From the NCBI RefSeq assembly GCF_009914755.1, contig NC_060942.1: a DNA stretch of 64,000 nucleotides; one strand, given 5' to 3'. A program made the position numbers and the translations under genes. Below, one piece after another: positions 45,937 to 61,000 of the stretch; positions within the stretch are counted from its first letter, which is position 1; every line of letters starts with the position of its first letter. Source of the stretch: the human T2T-CHM13v2.0 reference genome, Homo sapiens. Below the pieces are notes generated by a model. It worked only from the letters and a program-made list of their open reading frames with translations, did not search any database and had not been told where the DNA came from.

Positions 45937-46342
45937 ACATCAACCAACAAGTGGATAGAGAAAATGTGGTCCATACACACCATGGAATGCTACTTGGTTA
46001 TTAAAAGGAATAATGTCTTTTTCAGCAACTTGGATGGAGCTAGAGGCCATTACTCTTATTGAAGTAATTTAGGAATGGAAAACCAAATATCGTATACTCT
46101 TACTTATAAGTGGGAGCTAAGCTACGAGGATGCAAAGGCACAAGAATAATATAATGAACTTTGGGGACTCAGGAAAGGGGAAGGTTGAGTGAGGGATGAG
46201 GAATAAAAGACTACATATCAGGTACAGTGTATACTGCTTAGGTGATGGGTGCACTACAATCTCAGAAATCACCACTAAATAATTTATCTGTGTAACCAAG
46301 AACCACCTATAACCTACTGAAATAAAAATTCAAATAAAAAAA
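45937..46342 (+). mobile_element. L1PB-like 3' end
   Basis: CATCAACCAACAAGTGGATAGAGAAAATGTGG...CTTATAAGTGGGAGCTAAGCTA...AATCACCACTAAA...AAATAAAAA. Confidence 0.85.
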
Positions 46343-46474
46343 GCCATAGTTAGTAATTACTGTAAAAAAAGAAATGGGCTAAAATGTAAAGCACCAAGTA
46401 CTATATACTATGACATATATGTTATATATGTAAGTGTATATATATGTACATATATATATGAGAAGCCATTTCTT

Positions 46475-47030
46475 TTGTTCATTTGTTTAACAAATATTTA
46501 TTGAGCTTCTCCATGTCTACAGTGACCTTTGAAGATTGCCACATAAGCAAGAAAATCACCTTCATGTTGATTAATTCTAGCCGGAAAAGAATACTAAATA
46601 AACATACAAATAAATAAACAAGAGAAATAAAGACTAAAATTTTAATGAAGGAAATAACCAGGGTTCTACAATAGTTAATAGGGGGAGAGGATACTGAGGT
46701 AGTAGTGCAAGAAAGAAGGTGCTGTTTGAGCAGAGTCCTTAAAGATGAGAAGGAGTAAACTAAGCCAACAGCCTAGGGAATGGAGTTTCAGACAGAAGAA
46801 TCAGCATGTGTGAAGATTCTGAGTTGTGAGAGAGTTTGGCTTATTTAAAGAAAAGAAAGGAAGCCAAGTACTGTGGCAAGGCGAGACACCTTGAGCTGAG
46901 GTTAAAGACATGGAAGGGGCCCAGCTATGAGGGTGGTTGGGACAGGACAGGTCATCCACACTTCATTTTATGTGTAGGGGAAGCCTCCAGAAGATTTTAA
47001 ATAGAGATAGTCAGATTTGTATTTCTTGAT
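46475..47030 (-). mobile_element. L2 fragment
   Basis: TTCATTTGTTTAACAAATATTTATTGAGC tail followed by degenerate L2 body. Confidence 0.6.
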
Positions 47031-47056
47031 AGTGGATGTCAGTAGACAATAGTTGA

Positions 47057-47368
<312 letters not shown>

Positions 47369-48643
47369 TTTTAAAGATCTTTTAAAATAGAAAATTTTCT
47401 CCTTGAAGAATGTTCCATATTTGGGCCTATCCCTAGGTGTGTGTAAATAATTATGTTGTTAATCATAATGTGGGCCCCCTTATGCCTGCATTATGCATAC
47501 ACACATACATACACTCATACAATATAGCAAGTCAATTACTTCTGTTTCTAGTGTACATTTTTAATGAAAATCATAAATCACACCATTGGTTCATCATGAA
47601 ATTCAGGATCAGTCCTATAATTAATTCTGGTGAGCTTTTCATATGTGATGAATAGATATTTCCTGTGGCTAAAAAGTGGTCTGCAGATTGAAGATCTCTT
47701 AGTGTCTCTTTCCATTTTTATCATTGGTATTTCCACTAAAATTGTTGACCTCTTTAGACTTTTACACCTTGAAACAACAGTAATCTCAGAGACTTGCTTG
47801 GTTTTAAGGTTTATTAAAGAAAAGTTCCAGCTTGAGCTGCACACTCACAAAGTGGAGCCCACAGACTGTTCTCTGATGACAGGAAACAACAGGCCCTCAT
47901 CCCACTGCCCGGTGGATGCTGGTTGTGTTCCACCGTATTTGGAATTTTTTTCACTGTTTTGCTGTTATTGTTTTAATCATGTTCTAAAATTGTGGGCTGT
48001 CCAAAATCCTTGGAGGCAACATAAGTCAGGAGAGAAAATGTGTCCTAGAGTTATACAGAAAATTTGTAGGCTTAAAATTGCAGGAGATATGATGGGGGTA
48101 AGAAATGCAAAAAAAAAAAAAAAAAAAAATCAGAGGAAAGATAGTTAAAATGTATTTGTGCAGACTGGACCTCACTGAAACTCGCTCAACTCTGAAACTC
48201 ACAATTCTGATGTCACCTAGACTTTCAAACTCTCACCTTCTACCCACACTGAACTGCCCTACTCAAACATCTCTAGTTTCTTCTACTCATTTAAATAAAG
48301 TTTGCAATGCCAAGATACCTTCTTTTATCCCTAATGTAAGGGCTTAAAATTTCTTAAAGCAATGGCTTTAAGAAAGGAGACTTCAAAGGTGATGAATGAC
48401 ATTACTATGTGATGTTTCTATCAGAAATGAGAAGATTGGGAACATAGGAGAAAGGAGCATATGAGGCAAAGTAATTTTAACCATTTCATTAGAAGATTAG
48501 GTTATTTTAATTCATTGAAACATGCTGATTATAAGACTAGTTCCAAGTTGGTGTTAGGACGTGTTTCTCTTAACTTAGGCATTTGTCTTGGTGTAATGTT
48601 GAAAAATTGTTACAGTTTTCTAATTCTTGAAATACTAGATCAC

Positions 48644-49135
48644 TGTGATGATTTTTTTCTGTTTGCCTCTCCACACCCAGACGGTACCCTCCCCACCCTG
48701 CCCTTTGTTGGAGCACAAATCTGCATGGACTCTATTCACAGATTTCCTTGCCTTCTGGCTTCTGGTTGGGTTTTGCTAACAGGAATGGTGGAGTTGGAGG
48801 TCAGAGAACAAGAGAAAAGAGAAGAGAGATATTTATTCCCTTGGCTCCCAGTTTCCCAAGTTGTTGGAGAGGGGTGGGGTTAGGGGTTAGGACAGAGAGC
48901 TGAGATGCTTTTCCAAAGGTATTTTCAATAGCTGGCTACCAGTGCTGGGTCCTGGAACCACACTCCCTCCTTTCCCAGGACTAAGAGTACTAACTCTGCA
49001 CCACCTTCAATTCCCTTCAATAAACCCCGAGATTCTACACTATTCCTGGGTGATTTCCTTAAAACTCACCCACATCTTTGCAAATAGCCCATTTATTAAA
49101 CTTTTCTCAATGTTGGACTCCTCTGTTTGCTAAAT
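48644..49135 (+). mobile_element. ERVL LTR (LTR33-like)
   Basis: CCTTGCCTTCTGGCTTCTGGTTGGGTTTTGC and CCCACATCTTTGCAAATAGCCCATTTATTAAACT. Confidence 0.6.
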
Positions 49136-49216
49136 AGAAGTCATAAAGATGGGTTCTACAGACCAAAGAATAAATATATTTTCAGTTCAATCACATCATT
49201 TAATAAATGCACTTTA

Positions 49217-49477
49217 AGAGGCTAAGGTGGGAGGATTGCCTGAGGCCAGGAGTTCAAGACCAGCCTGGGCAACACAGTGAGACCCTCATTTCTTCAAAAA
49301 GCTTTTAAAAAGTAACCAGTGTGGTAGCATGTACCTGTCGTCTTACCTACTTAGGAGACTGAGGTGGGAGGATCACCTGGGTCCAGGAGTTCAAGGCTAT
49401 AGGGAGCTATGATTAAAACACTGCACTCCAGCCTTGGTAACAGAGTAAGACCCTGTCTTAAAAAAAAAAAAAAAAAT
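49217..49477 (+). mobile_element. 5'-truncated AluJ, followed by an L2 fragment (~49500-50190)
   Basis: GGGAGGATTGCCTGAGGCCAGGAGTTCAAGACCAGCCTGGGCAACACAG with poly-A tail. Confidence 0.9.
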
Positions 49478-51868
49478 GTAGTACAGGGTCTCATCCTGAT
49501 ACATGTATTTAACCATTTATTTAATTTAACATATTTATTGTCTACTGTGGTCTGGGTGTATGTTTGGTGTTGGGAATATAAGGTCAGTGGGTCTCAAGGT
49601 ACTGAGTATTCATTCAAGGCAATGCCTCGGAAGAAACCAGGAGGACCACTTAACCTTGGGGTAGCAGTTAAGGAGAATCAAAGATAGTTTCTACAAGGAG
49701 CAATTAATTTCAAGCATGAAGGGAGGGGATAGGAAACAAAGAGAGGGGATGAGAAGGAAAGTGGACTTTCTGGTCAGCGAGAAAAATATTTATCCAGTTC
49801 CAGGGGTGAGAGAGAGAACATGGCATATTTGGAGAACAAAGAGCAGCTTAGCATGGCTGCAGCATAGACCCTGATGGAGTGAGTAATATGAGGTTGCAAA
49901 TGGTACCAAGGGTCTTGCATGTTGTTTTAAGAGTGTGAACTTTATTCCAAAATCAATGGGGAGAATGAGGTAATAAACAAGGGATTAACACTTCAGAAAG
50001 CTCATGCTGTCTGCAGCATGGAAACTGTGCAAGGCTGCAGGCAGAGAGGTGACTGCGCAAGGCTGGAGGCAGAGAATGAGTGAGGAAACTGACACATTAA
50101 TCTAGGCAAGAGATGATAGTGGCCTGGACAAATGTCTTAGCAGTCGGAATGGGAAAAAAGTGGAGAGAATGGAGAGATGTAATCTATAGGAAACTTGCCG
50201 CTGGCAACACAGGTAATACTATATCAAACTGAACTTTAGAATACACATAGCTCTGCTTATCGGTGTTAAAGCTGAACTTCAAACTTTTCATAGCCTTTCA
50301 AGAATTTCAGTCAAGCATTTTCATTATTGCTAAAATAGCCTTTGTTAAGACTACTGTTGTTGACTTTATTGCAGTTTGAACCAGGGCCATCAATACAGTC
50401 TGCCCCAAGTAAATATTTCATGGGTGAATTAATCAGCTGTCCTTTCTTAAAACTATGTTTATAATATGTCTTTAGTGATTATAGATTTTTCTTATGTGTT
50501 TTGCAGCTTTCCATTATCTTTCTGGGTAAATATTAGTCTTAAGCAAGAATGAAATACATTACATAATATTTAAAAAAAATTACAACAGCTGTTTGTGGTG
50601 GGAATATTGTTTCAGTAATGCATTCAACAAGTCTTCACAGAACTACTCTTTTTTAAAAATTAAAAATTTTTACAAATGCTATCTTTATGATTCTCAGCAC
50701 CTAAATATGTCTTTCCTTATCTATATTTTAAGACAGTCTAGCCTGCATTGAACTATGAGTAAGACATATTATATTTTAGTCAGCAAAATGCTTTGCTCAA
50801 TATAAAAAAATTATTATCCTTTTTAGGACAAAGTAATATCACTTGCTAGTTTACTAAGTTTTTACACTGATTTTGCACTGATTATCACCTTGGTGAGTTG
50901 AAAAAAAGTCTCCAGTTTTCAGAAATGTCTGAAACAGAGTTACTATAAATACAAATAATCATCAAAAATATTTTTTAGATAAAAGGTATTTGGGGAAATA
51001 AAAAATATAAAGATGTTTTAAAATGTGACAGTAGTAAAAACTTTAAAAAAATAAAACACTTAAATTTGACCTGGGTCATGAATTTATTCTGACAAAGCAC
51101 ATCCACCGCATCAAATTATTAGTCTTCCCAAACCCCAAAGATAATGGATTACTACTGAGAACTTTTATATAAGATTAAGCTAAACTGACCTCTTTGTAAA
51201 TTTCTGTTATCACTTTCAGTTGTAGCTGGCATGAAATGATATATAGTTCCATTTCTGGTGTAATGTTCAAATGTTTGTGGGTGGTTATTATATTTCCATC
51301 CACAGTTTCTCTCTCTCAAGCCTATTCTGGGTCATCTTTGTGTGCCCCTAGGTCCCTAGAGAGGTTTAATCAGTGGATAACATGTTGTCGTCCTTGATGA
51401 CATTTTTCTCCTTATTTTTTACTATCATAATACACTGGTAAGACATATTTATTTTTTCCATGTGCTAGAAAAGAAAACCACTTATTATTCTTGACTTTTT
51501 TTTTTCTCATTTTTCTTTTTCAGTGAACGTTTATACCTTAAATACTTATATCCTGGGAGTACTAACTCATTATTGTCTTAATTCTTGAAAATATCAGTTT
51601 TCCTTTATGTATCCTCTCACCCACATTGGTATCTAAAACATTTCCTGTTGAGTTGAGTAGTTTCAACAATAAATGATATTATGTACTGAATTAAAATATT
51701 GCTGAATTTTTTCACTATGACTAATTATAACCTGAAATCTACATGTAATACAAAATTATAGTTAATATATCAATTTTAGAAAATAAAATACACAGCTTAA
51801 AAAGTTCTCAAATGTATATATGTGTGTGTGTGTATGTATGGGTATACACATATATATATAGAGAGAGA

Positions 51869-52202
51869 GAGTCACATGCCATGTAATGACATTTCAAAGA
51901 CAGGCCACACATATAACTGTGTTCTCGTAAGATTATAATACTGTAATTTTACTATACCTTTTCTATGTTTAGCATGTTTGATACACTAATACTTATCATT
52001 GTATTACAGTTGCCTACAGTATTCAATGCAGTGACATCTATACAGGTTTGTAGCCTAGGAGCAATAGGGTATATTATATAGCTAGGTGTGTAGTAGGCTA
52101 TACCATCTAGGTTTGTGTAAGTACACTCTATGATGCTCACACAATGATGAAATCAGCCAATGACATGTTTCTCAGAACCAATTGTTAAGTGATATATGGC
52201 TG
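51869..52202. mobile_element. TcMar-Tigger MITE (Tigger3/MER7-like)
   Basis: CAGGTTTGTAGCCTAGGAGCAATAGG...GTAGTAGGCTATACCATCTAGGTTTGTGTAAGTACACTCTATGATG. Ends CTG|TA. Confidence 0.85.
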
Positions 52203-52572
52203 TATACATACAATGGAATTTGTGAAGGAAATATGTTTTATTCCAAAGCTGTCAGTGAAAGCTTTTATGCATTTGATAAATGAAAAACTGGTTTATATTG
52301 AACATCTGGGTAGTAGACAAAGTCATGATTTCTCTTCTTTTAAAAAGGAAGTCTTGATGGATCATTACAAGTGCTATAAGGCCTTATATGGAAACATCAT
52401 GGACTCAGATATGCTCCTTACATTATGCTCCTTACATTCTCACCCTACTGCTGTCTTCTATATGTAAAGTTCAATTATGGATTCAAATTCTGGGCAATAG
52501 CCTTAAAAAGTAGTCTGGAAGGCAAACTCTATAAAACTTGCATGATAAATGGCTAGGTAAGAAATAGTTGAA

Positions 52573-53476
52573 TGTATTCCGTTGCTACAGAATACTGTTA
52601 CTACAACATCCAGGTATTAGATAAAAGATCAGTAAGTCAGAAGTCCAAGCACAGCCTGTTTGGGTCCTCTGCTCAGGGTCCCACATGCTGAAATCAAGGT
52701 GTTGATCAGGCTGTGTTCTCATCTGAAGCTCAGGATCCACTTTCCAGAGGCAGAAATCTGTTCCTTGTGGTTGTAGAACTGAGAGTTCCATTTCTCTGCT
52801 GGCTGTCAACTGGGGGATATTTTCAGCTCCTAAAAACCAAGCACTTCTTTGCCAAGAGGCCCCCTCCATTTCCAAAGTCATTGTTAGTTGTGTGTGTCTG
52901 TGTGTGTGTGTGTGAGAGAGAGAGAGAGGGTTTTACTCTGTCGCCCAAGCTGAGTGCAATGGCGTGATCTTGGCTCACTGAAACCTCTGCATCACAGGCT
53001 CAAATGGTCCTCCTGCCTCAGCCTCCCAAGTAGATGGGATTACAGGCATGCACCATCTCATTCTACTAATTTTTGTAGTTTTTGTAAAGACGGGGTGTCA
53101 CCATGTTGCCCAGGCTGGTCTTGAACTCCCGGACTCAAGCAATCTGCCTGCCTCGGCCTCCCAAAGTGCTTGGATTATAGGCATGAGCAACCCCAAAGTC
53201 ATCGTTAATTCTTCATCACACCTCAAATCTCTCTGACTTCTCTCTCTCTCTCTCTCTCTGACCCCTGAACCCACATTTAAAGGGCTCATGTGATTAGGTC
53301 AGGCCTGCCCAGATATTTCCCTATCTGAAGGTCAATGGATTTTGGAACTAATTGCATCTGCAGGATCTTTTCAACAGCAACACCTCAATTAGTGTTTCAT
53401 TGAATAACTGGAACACAGTGCGCATATACAAGGGGCTGAGAATCTTGTGAGCTGTCTTAGAATTCTGCTTCCCACA
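52573..53476 (-). mobile_element. MaLR LTR (MLT1D/E-like) split by an Alu
   Basis: TCAGAAGTCCAAGC...CTGAAATCAAGGTGTTG...AAAGGGCTCATGTGATTAGGTCAGGCC...CTTAGAATTCTGCTTCCCACA. Confidence 0.8.
52890..53192 (-). mobile_element. AluJ with a tail converted to dinucleotide repeats
   Basis: Alu body 52925-53190. TSD CCAAAGTCAT(T/C)GTTA at 52872-52886 and 53193-53207. Confidence 0.92.
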
Positions 53477-54044
53477 AACAGCAAATAGACTGAAATGTTG
53501 AACAGCTAGTGGCTAGATAAGAAACATTTGAACAGTAAAGGTGATTGATTGTTGTTTTCAACCCAAATTTCTCCAAACTGATTGTATTTTTGTGAGCTGT
53601 GACATTATCAAAAGAGTAACCAGATAATACAGGACTCCAAAGTAATAAAGTAAATTGGGAAGGAGAACACTAAGCCTGGAAGATATTTCTCTCTCCGCTA
53701 ACATTCAGGGAGCTCAGGGTGGTCTATAAAGTCTTCAGATCTTACAGGCTGTTTGTAGAAATGCTACAGGTATTTTTGTAAAACATATTTTGGAGAAGAG
53801 CTGCACAAGCTGAAATTCCAGATTTTGAGGCAGGAAATCCTAAAAGGAATAGTTAGAGCCTATAGGAATATGCATGATTCAGATGTGGAACTTTACAGTC
53901 CAAACTTCTAGCACTTCAGACAGAGGTTGAGAATGTTAAACAATTATGTCACTTTGGTAACAGTAACAAGACTGATTTATTGAGGGAGATCATCAGGGGC
54001 ATAGGCCAATGGCTGAGATACAAAATACAATGAGATGCCTACTA

Positions 54045-54447
<403 letters not shown>

Positions 54448-57127
54448 TCATGCAGTAAGTGGGAATTCCAAATCATTGGCTCCTCACAGGTCTAAGGGAT
54501 TTGGTGTAAGTGCCCTAGATTTGCTGGTATTTGAATAAGGTGAACCACAAAAGATTTGGTTTTTTGGCCACTTAGGTGATCTCATTCTTCTAGTAGCATG
54601 ACTGACAATAGCAGTGTGGGTCTAAGTTATATATATGCAGTTTTCCAGCTTGGAATAAGTAAATTTGAATTTAATTCTCAATGTTTAGGGTGTTTGGTTG
54701 ATACATCAAGGTCCTTGTGTATTTTATTAACCTTTGGAAAATTGGGACTCAGGGGATATTGGTTAACATGATTACGTTAATTCATGTTTGGAGGTGCCAA
54801 TGGAACTGCATTCTCCTCAATCAGGCTGCAGCTGCGGAAAAGAGGAGTCCAGCTTGCAATGAGGCATCTGAATAGAAGATCTCTGGCTAGGACTAAGGAA
54901 AATAGAACATGAGTGAGAGGAGAATCTCAAGCTGTACTTTTCTTGGCTGTTGTTCAATTTAGAAAGGAAGTGGCAGTCAGATGGGATTCACTGGTAAGCC
55001 ATGGCTGCTGCTGCTCTCCTGCTTATATGCTGGGTAATAGAACACCTCAGTGCCCACTCAGCCTTCCCTGGGGCAGAGCGATTACTGACTTGTTCTTTCC
55101 TTCAGCCAAGCAGCCTAAAAACCAGCCAATTCAGGGCTGCCATGCCTCTGACCTGGCAGTTTTCTCAGCCCCTGCATCAGGTACCCAGGTCATTTGGCCT
55201 GTCTTTCTAAACTCTAGTTTCTGTACTGTTTGGTTTGGGGTTTTACAATTTTTGTTGTTGTTTTAATCAAAGTTCCTCTGAGCCCTAAACTGAGCCTGAA
55301 TCATCATTTTGGCCTAGCTCTTATCCAAAAAGAGCTGTGGCAGGGTGTGGCAGAGTGCATGGTAAAAAGAGGCTATTGGTCAAACACCAAGTGTCTAAAA
55401 GATCAGGTGGAGGCAGTAATGAGAAGAGCTAGAGGAAGGGAGGTAGTGATGGATGGTATGTGGTATGAGCTTCAAAGAGATCCAGAGTATACGTGAGGAA
55501 GAACAATGTGGCTTTTAAAACTACATATATTTTATAGGCCAAATGTATAAAATCAGACAGCACTTCTCAGAATGACATTATGTGAAATGACCATCACAGT
55601 GGTGGTACCAGTCCTGAGCTTACACTAGACGTTTCATTTTTTTTAGTGCATCTAGCGCCAATAAGAGCGTGTACTTGTAAAAACTAGAATGCTACTGTAT
55701 GTATTTTAACAAGAAATAGAGCTGTCCATGTAGAGTAGGACAGAAAGCTCGGAAAAGTATAAAAGGTAATTCATATGATTTTCAGAGAGTTATTTAGTAA
55801 CTATGAAAAGAAACAAAAGGATATATTTACATACTAACTCTCCCTATGGCTAGGGTACACGGTGCTGGGAGAGGCAATGTATCCATCCGTAACACAAACA
55901 CATCAGCCTGACAAATAGCCTGAATCACAGACTAGAGTTTATCAGGATGCCCTCTTTCCTAAACTGGGAAACAAATTATTATAGACACAGACACAAATTT
56001 TATTTTTTTTCTCTTCCCCATCTCCTCATCCATCACCACTGTATCTTCCCCCTGAATTCTAGGCATACCACCTTCTTTTACTGACGCATCCTTTATTATA
56101 GATAGATTAACATCATTGATTAAGCTCCAGCAACCTGTTTTACCAATTGATCTTGTTCATAAATTATAGATACACTTATGGGTATTAGATAAGTTGTTTC
56201 CCACATCTCCTCAGCTACACATTTTCTATCTATCCCCATGTTCTGGGAGCATCTTACTGTTTTCTTCCAAGTTCTGGCACTGGTTATGTTTTGTTTAGTT
56301 GAAGAGTGAATTATATGGTGTATAGTGCAAGCTGAATTTCCGACAACTATTTCTTTTAATGTATTCATAACATATCAAGCAAGTTTATCTTGGAAGATAA
56401 TGTGACCTCTGGGGGCTCAATCATCACTTAACCCCAGAGATACAGGTGCTCAGAGAGAACAGACATCTAAGTAGCTTTTATAAGGGCTAAAAACAAGGGA
56501 GGAACATTTGCTCATGAAATTAAAATTCCAGTAAAGGAGGAAAATAAAACAAAATAAACCAAGCTTTTATTCTTATTCACACAGAGTCTCTTTTTCTCTC
56601 TCTCCTTATTTCATTGGAGTCTATTTATTGACAAAACTTTGTGACTGACAAAGGCTGGCAAGTATATAAAGTGTTGGAACAAATGCCTCAGGATTTTGAT
56701 AATCCATTGAATGGTATCGATCATTCTTCAGCCTTTCATATATCTTTTTCCTAGGAATATATAAGCTGACATATTTTTAACTGTTTGTTTTCCAGTTTAC
56801 CCAGTGCAATGTTTCTGAGTTAGAATTTTTCTTCCACTTTCAGAAGGGAATAAAGATATTTTATATGCTAAAAAAAAAACCTCTCCAGTATTCCCACTGT
56901 GGTATATTCTGCATTCTAAATATATTTATATATCTTGCATCATTATTTTGTTCTAATTATTAAATAGAATAAACAATTACAAAATTCTATTTTGGTTTTA
57001 TATTCTAATTTTTCATAATTTTATTCAGACAAGTATTTAAAGTTGATTTTTCTCATATATGTATTTCTGGATCTACCAAATACTGATTTTCTCATGCAAA
57101 AGAAAAAATTAAAAGAAAAACTACTAG

Positions 57128-57420
57128 GGCTGGGTGCAATGGCTCACGCCTGTAATCCCAGCACTTTCCGAGGCCGAGGCAGGCGGATCACCTGAGGTCA
57201 GGAGTTCAAGACTAGCCTGGCCAACATGACAAAACCCCGTCTCTACTAAGAATACAAATACAATTATCTGGATATGGTGATGTGTACCTGTAATCCCAGC
57301 TACTCGGGAGGCTGAGGCATGAGAATCGCTTGAACAAGGGAGGCAGAGGTTACATTGAGCCAAGATCACACACTGCACTCCAGCCTGGGCAACAGAGCGA
57401 GACTCGGTCTCAAAAAAAAA
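57128..57420 (+). mobile_element. AluSx-like
   Basis: Full dimer. TSD AAAA(C/T)TACTA. Confidence 0.96.
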
Positions 57421-57698
57421 TTACTATTAAATGATATTAATATCTCAAACTCATGAAGAGCATATTAAATATTTCCCTTTTGTCTTCACTTTAGCTGCTG
57501 AGGGCAGTGACAGAGACTGATAAGTATTTCCCATAGGATGCTTCTTTAGCATGTACTAGTCATGGAGTTATGAAACAAAAGTAACTATGCATTTGTAAGT
57601 AAATTCCAGAGAAATTCAAATTGGTTTAAAGGATGTGGCTTCTAACCCAGGCTAAGATGTTTGCACTTCCCAGTAACCTGAGTAATAATATTAGTAAC

Positions 57699-58076
57699 TG
57701 TCTGAGTTCATTTGTGCTACTGTAACAAAATCCCTTAGACTAGGTAATTTATAAGGAACAGATATTTCTTTCTTATAGTTCTGGAGGCTGGGAAGTCCAA
57801 GATTAAGGTGCCAGCAGCGGTGTCTGGTGCTGATTGCTCTCTGCTCTCAAGATAGCCCCTTCTCACTGTGTCTTCACATAGTACAAGGCAGAAGGGCAAA
57901 AGAGTGCTCCCTTTAACCTTTTATAAGGTTAGCCCTTTTGTCACTAATCCCAGTAATAAGAGTGCAGTTTTTATGACTTAATTACCTCCCAAAGGCTACC
58001 CTCTTAATAGGAACAGTATTGGGGATTTCGTTTCAACATAAGTTTTGAAGGGGACACCATCATTCAAACCATAGCT
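57699..58076 (-). mobile_element. MaLR solo LTR (MLT1A/MST-like)
   Basis: TGTCTGAGTTCATTTGTGCTACTGTAACAAAA...AGTTCTGGAGGCTGGGAAGTCCAAGATTAAGGTGCCAGCAG...ATTCAAACCATAGC. Confidence 0.85.
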
Positions 58077-61000
58077 GTAATTAAATATGGAATTAACTCT
58101 TCTTTATTAAGCCAGGGGAATTTTAACTAAGCAGATAGAATAAATCAAAATATCAAAATGAACATGATTGAAGGGAGTTGTTGGTGCCTACTAATCCTTT
58201 AGCACAATTTCTGCTGTCATTTCATGGAAACAGTAGAGAGCATTTCTTTTAGTTTTAGACATGTCCTAGGAGTCTTGGAAATCAACTGATAAGCTTTTTT
58301 TCTATGCACTACTGATGACTACATTTTAAAAGAAGCTGAAGAACTATGGATACCTGAGGAACCATGTATCCAATTTCCCTGCTTTCCTCCAGGAATGTTC
58401 ACTGCCCAGTCAAGGGAGAGACAGCAAGAAATCAGAGGCCTGCTTGGAAAGTGGATCTCTAGGGCCCTAAATTACTACATGTTTGTGCCTTGGACTGATG
58501 TCTTTCCAAGGTATGGGGAAATGCAGAACCTCCTGAAGACAGGTTTCCAGTGGAATCAGGGATTCCCCTATGGAATTAGCAGTCTGACGTCGACCTGGCA
58601 AAATTTTCCTAAGATTACCAAAAGGGAAATAGAAACACAGCTACACTGCCTCCCCTGCGATATCCAAGTGAATGACCTCTGGACCAGAGTGCAGTAACAG
58701 TGCATGTTCTTGTGATGAGTCTCAGCTAGTAATGAGATTACTTATAGAATCAGAAGGATCTTGGGAAACCTCTAGCTTAACTTCCTCATTTTACAGAAGA
58801 GGAAACTTAGTCCAGGTTATGTCTATTTCTACAGTGTGTGCACCATATATAATTCACACACTATCTTTTCAAGAACATTCATTTATGTAGTGACTTTCAC
58901 GGAAATAGTTGAAAATTTTATTTTAAAAAAAGCCATACTTTTCTACTGGGTTTGTGTAATTGAATACCACATTATTGAAGTGTTTGAACATTTACAAGGT
59001 AATTTTTTATATTAGTAAAGTTAAGGCTGTTGTTAATTCATTGTTTACCTAAAGCTCAGAATGTGTCCTTGAGAATAAAAGATTTATTTCTTAAAGAGAT
59101 ATTGACTTTCTATTAAAAATATGTGCATTATTAGATGGAAAGTTTATTCAAAATAAAAAATACAATGTCTAAACAGTGTGGTTGGAAATTATTCTCTCAT
59201 GCGGATCCAGAAGGAGGCCTGATCTCATCAACAATAAAATAAGAACTGTAATCTGAATCTATCATAAAATGACTATTGAAAATAATAGTATCTCGCTCAT
59301 ATATAGAGGTAAACATGCTGTCAGTAACTACCCTGAGGCTCTGTTGAAAGCCTCTTTAAGAAAGTCATTCATAACAAAGATAAGTTGTTTTCCCAATTTA
59401 ATTAGAAAAACATTTAAATATCCATTAACCATCATTGAATAATAAGTGTTGCAAAAATATACACAAATAACATTTTAGCAATTCCGTTTTAAATCTTTGA
59501 CTGACAAAACAATGGAAGATGTATCTTTTCTACAGAATTCCCTGTACCTTGAACCACCCCCCCATCCCCACCCCCCCACACACACACACAAATCAATCCC
59601 TGCAAAGGGGGAAAAAATGTGAATGTCACTCTTCTTTGGAATTCTTTTCATATTAGGAAGCAAAATTTTATAAGTGGGTGTTAGGGTTTATGTATGCAAG
59701 CAGACTGACATCTTTATATTTTCTTCCATATTAAAAGAACTAGGGAATTCAGGACTTCCCTATATATAGTAGCACACACTATACATTTATTTACAGGATT
59801 TACTGATAATGGTACAGGTATTATTTCATCTTTCTGAAGTTTTCTCATCACAAGATGACGAAAGAATTTTAGCATTCTGATCTGGATCTCTCACTACCCC
59901 TTCAAAAATGTCTATACAAACATCTAAAATTAAAAGGGCAGTCAAGAAAGCAGAAATATCTTACTCATGCAGTGAACTTTGGTGTCAGTGCTAAAAGTTG
60001 CATTGCATTACTTAGGGAAAAAAATCATAGATGCAATTTCAGAAAAATAAGTAAAAATTACTGTGATTTGTTGCAAGCCTATTTCAGAAAATTAAAGTCT
60101 AGACTTGTCTTTTTGAACTTGAGAATCAGAACCAGGTTGAATTTTTAGTACTATTGTCATGCTGATGTTTCTAATAGTCTAATAACCCAATGCATCAGTG
60201 AAAACTTGTAAAAAATGGACAGGAGATTACATCCAAAAGGAAGTGGATAGATGCTTTTTGAAACCTTGTTGAAGCTATATGAATTATTCTGCCATGCCAT
60301 GCCTGACAGCTCTGCTTCTAGGAACAGCCAGTGTGGCCAAGCATAAAGCTATGCATCAGAAAAGGGCTAATTATTTAATTAAAAGGAGAAGCTTTACATG
60401 ACTGCACCATTAACTTGATGATAGTAGAGTTAAACACAAGGCCAGATGGTTTTGTGTTTGTTGGTTGTATTTGATTTTCATGTGTTTGTTCATTGTCATG
60501 CTTAGCATTATTGGACTGCTACAGTCAAGAAGATAAAATCCTTTAATACTCTATTTAGAACTACAGGAGACAAAGCTTGATCAATAATTTTTATGAATCT
60601 GTAAACTATTACAGCACGGCATGTTCCCGCAGACTTTCCCCTGGTGACATGGCTATATTATTTTGGGACTAGAGGCCAAGCAATATTGAAATCCTGCTTG
60701 AATTCATCTTTTACAGACCATAAAAGTGACAAGATCCCCAAAGATTTACATTTTTTTATGCTATAGATTAATCAATCTTGCAGGTGGAAAGAGAAGGATT
60801 TCAATGTGTGTGCTATAGAGTATCTTTTCAGCCTGACGAGAGTGTAAGAAATTAATTTCCCTTTTCCAACAGAAGAGGATAGTGAGAGCAACTTGTCTAA
60901 ATCAAAGAAAATGCAGTTAAAGTTTCTTTTTGCCACATGCTTTTTGATTGATTTTGACAATGATGTCAACAGTGAAATAAAGTAAAACCTCTGGAATGCA

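Noticed and set aside
47630-48148. 172-aa plus-strand ORF (and 40623..41012, 48461..48883)
   Set aside because: No recognisable domain, composition typical of non-coding DNA, and they run into poly-A or LTR sequence.
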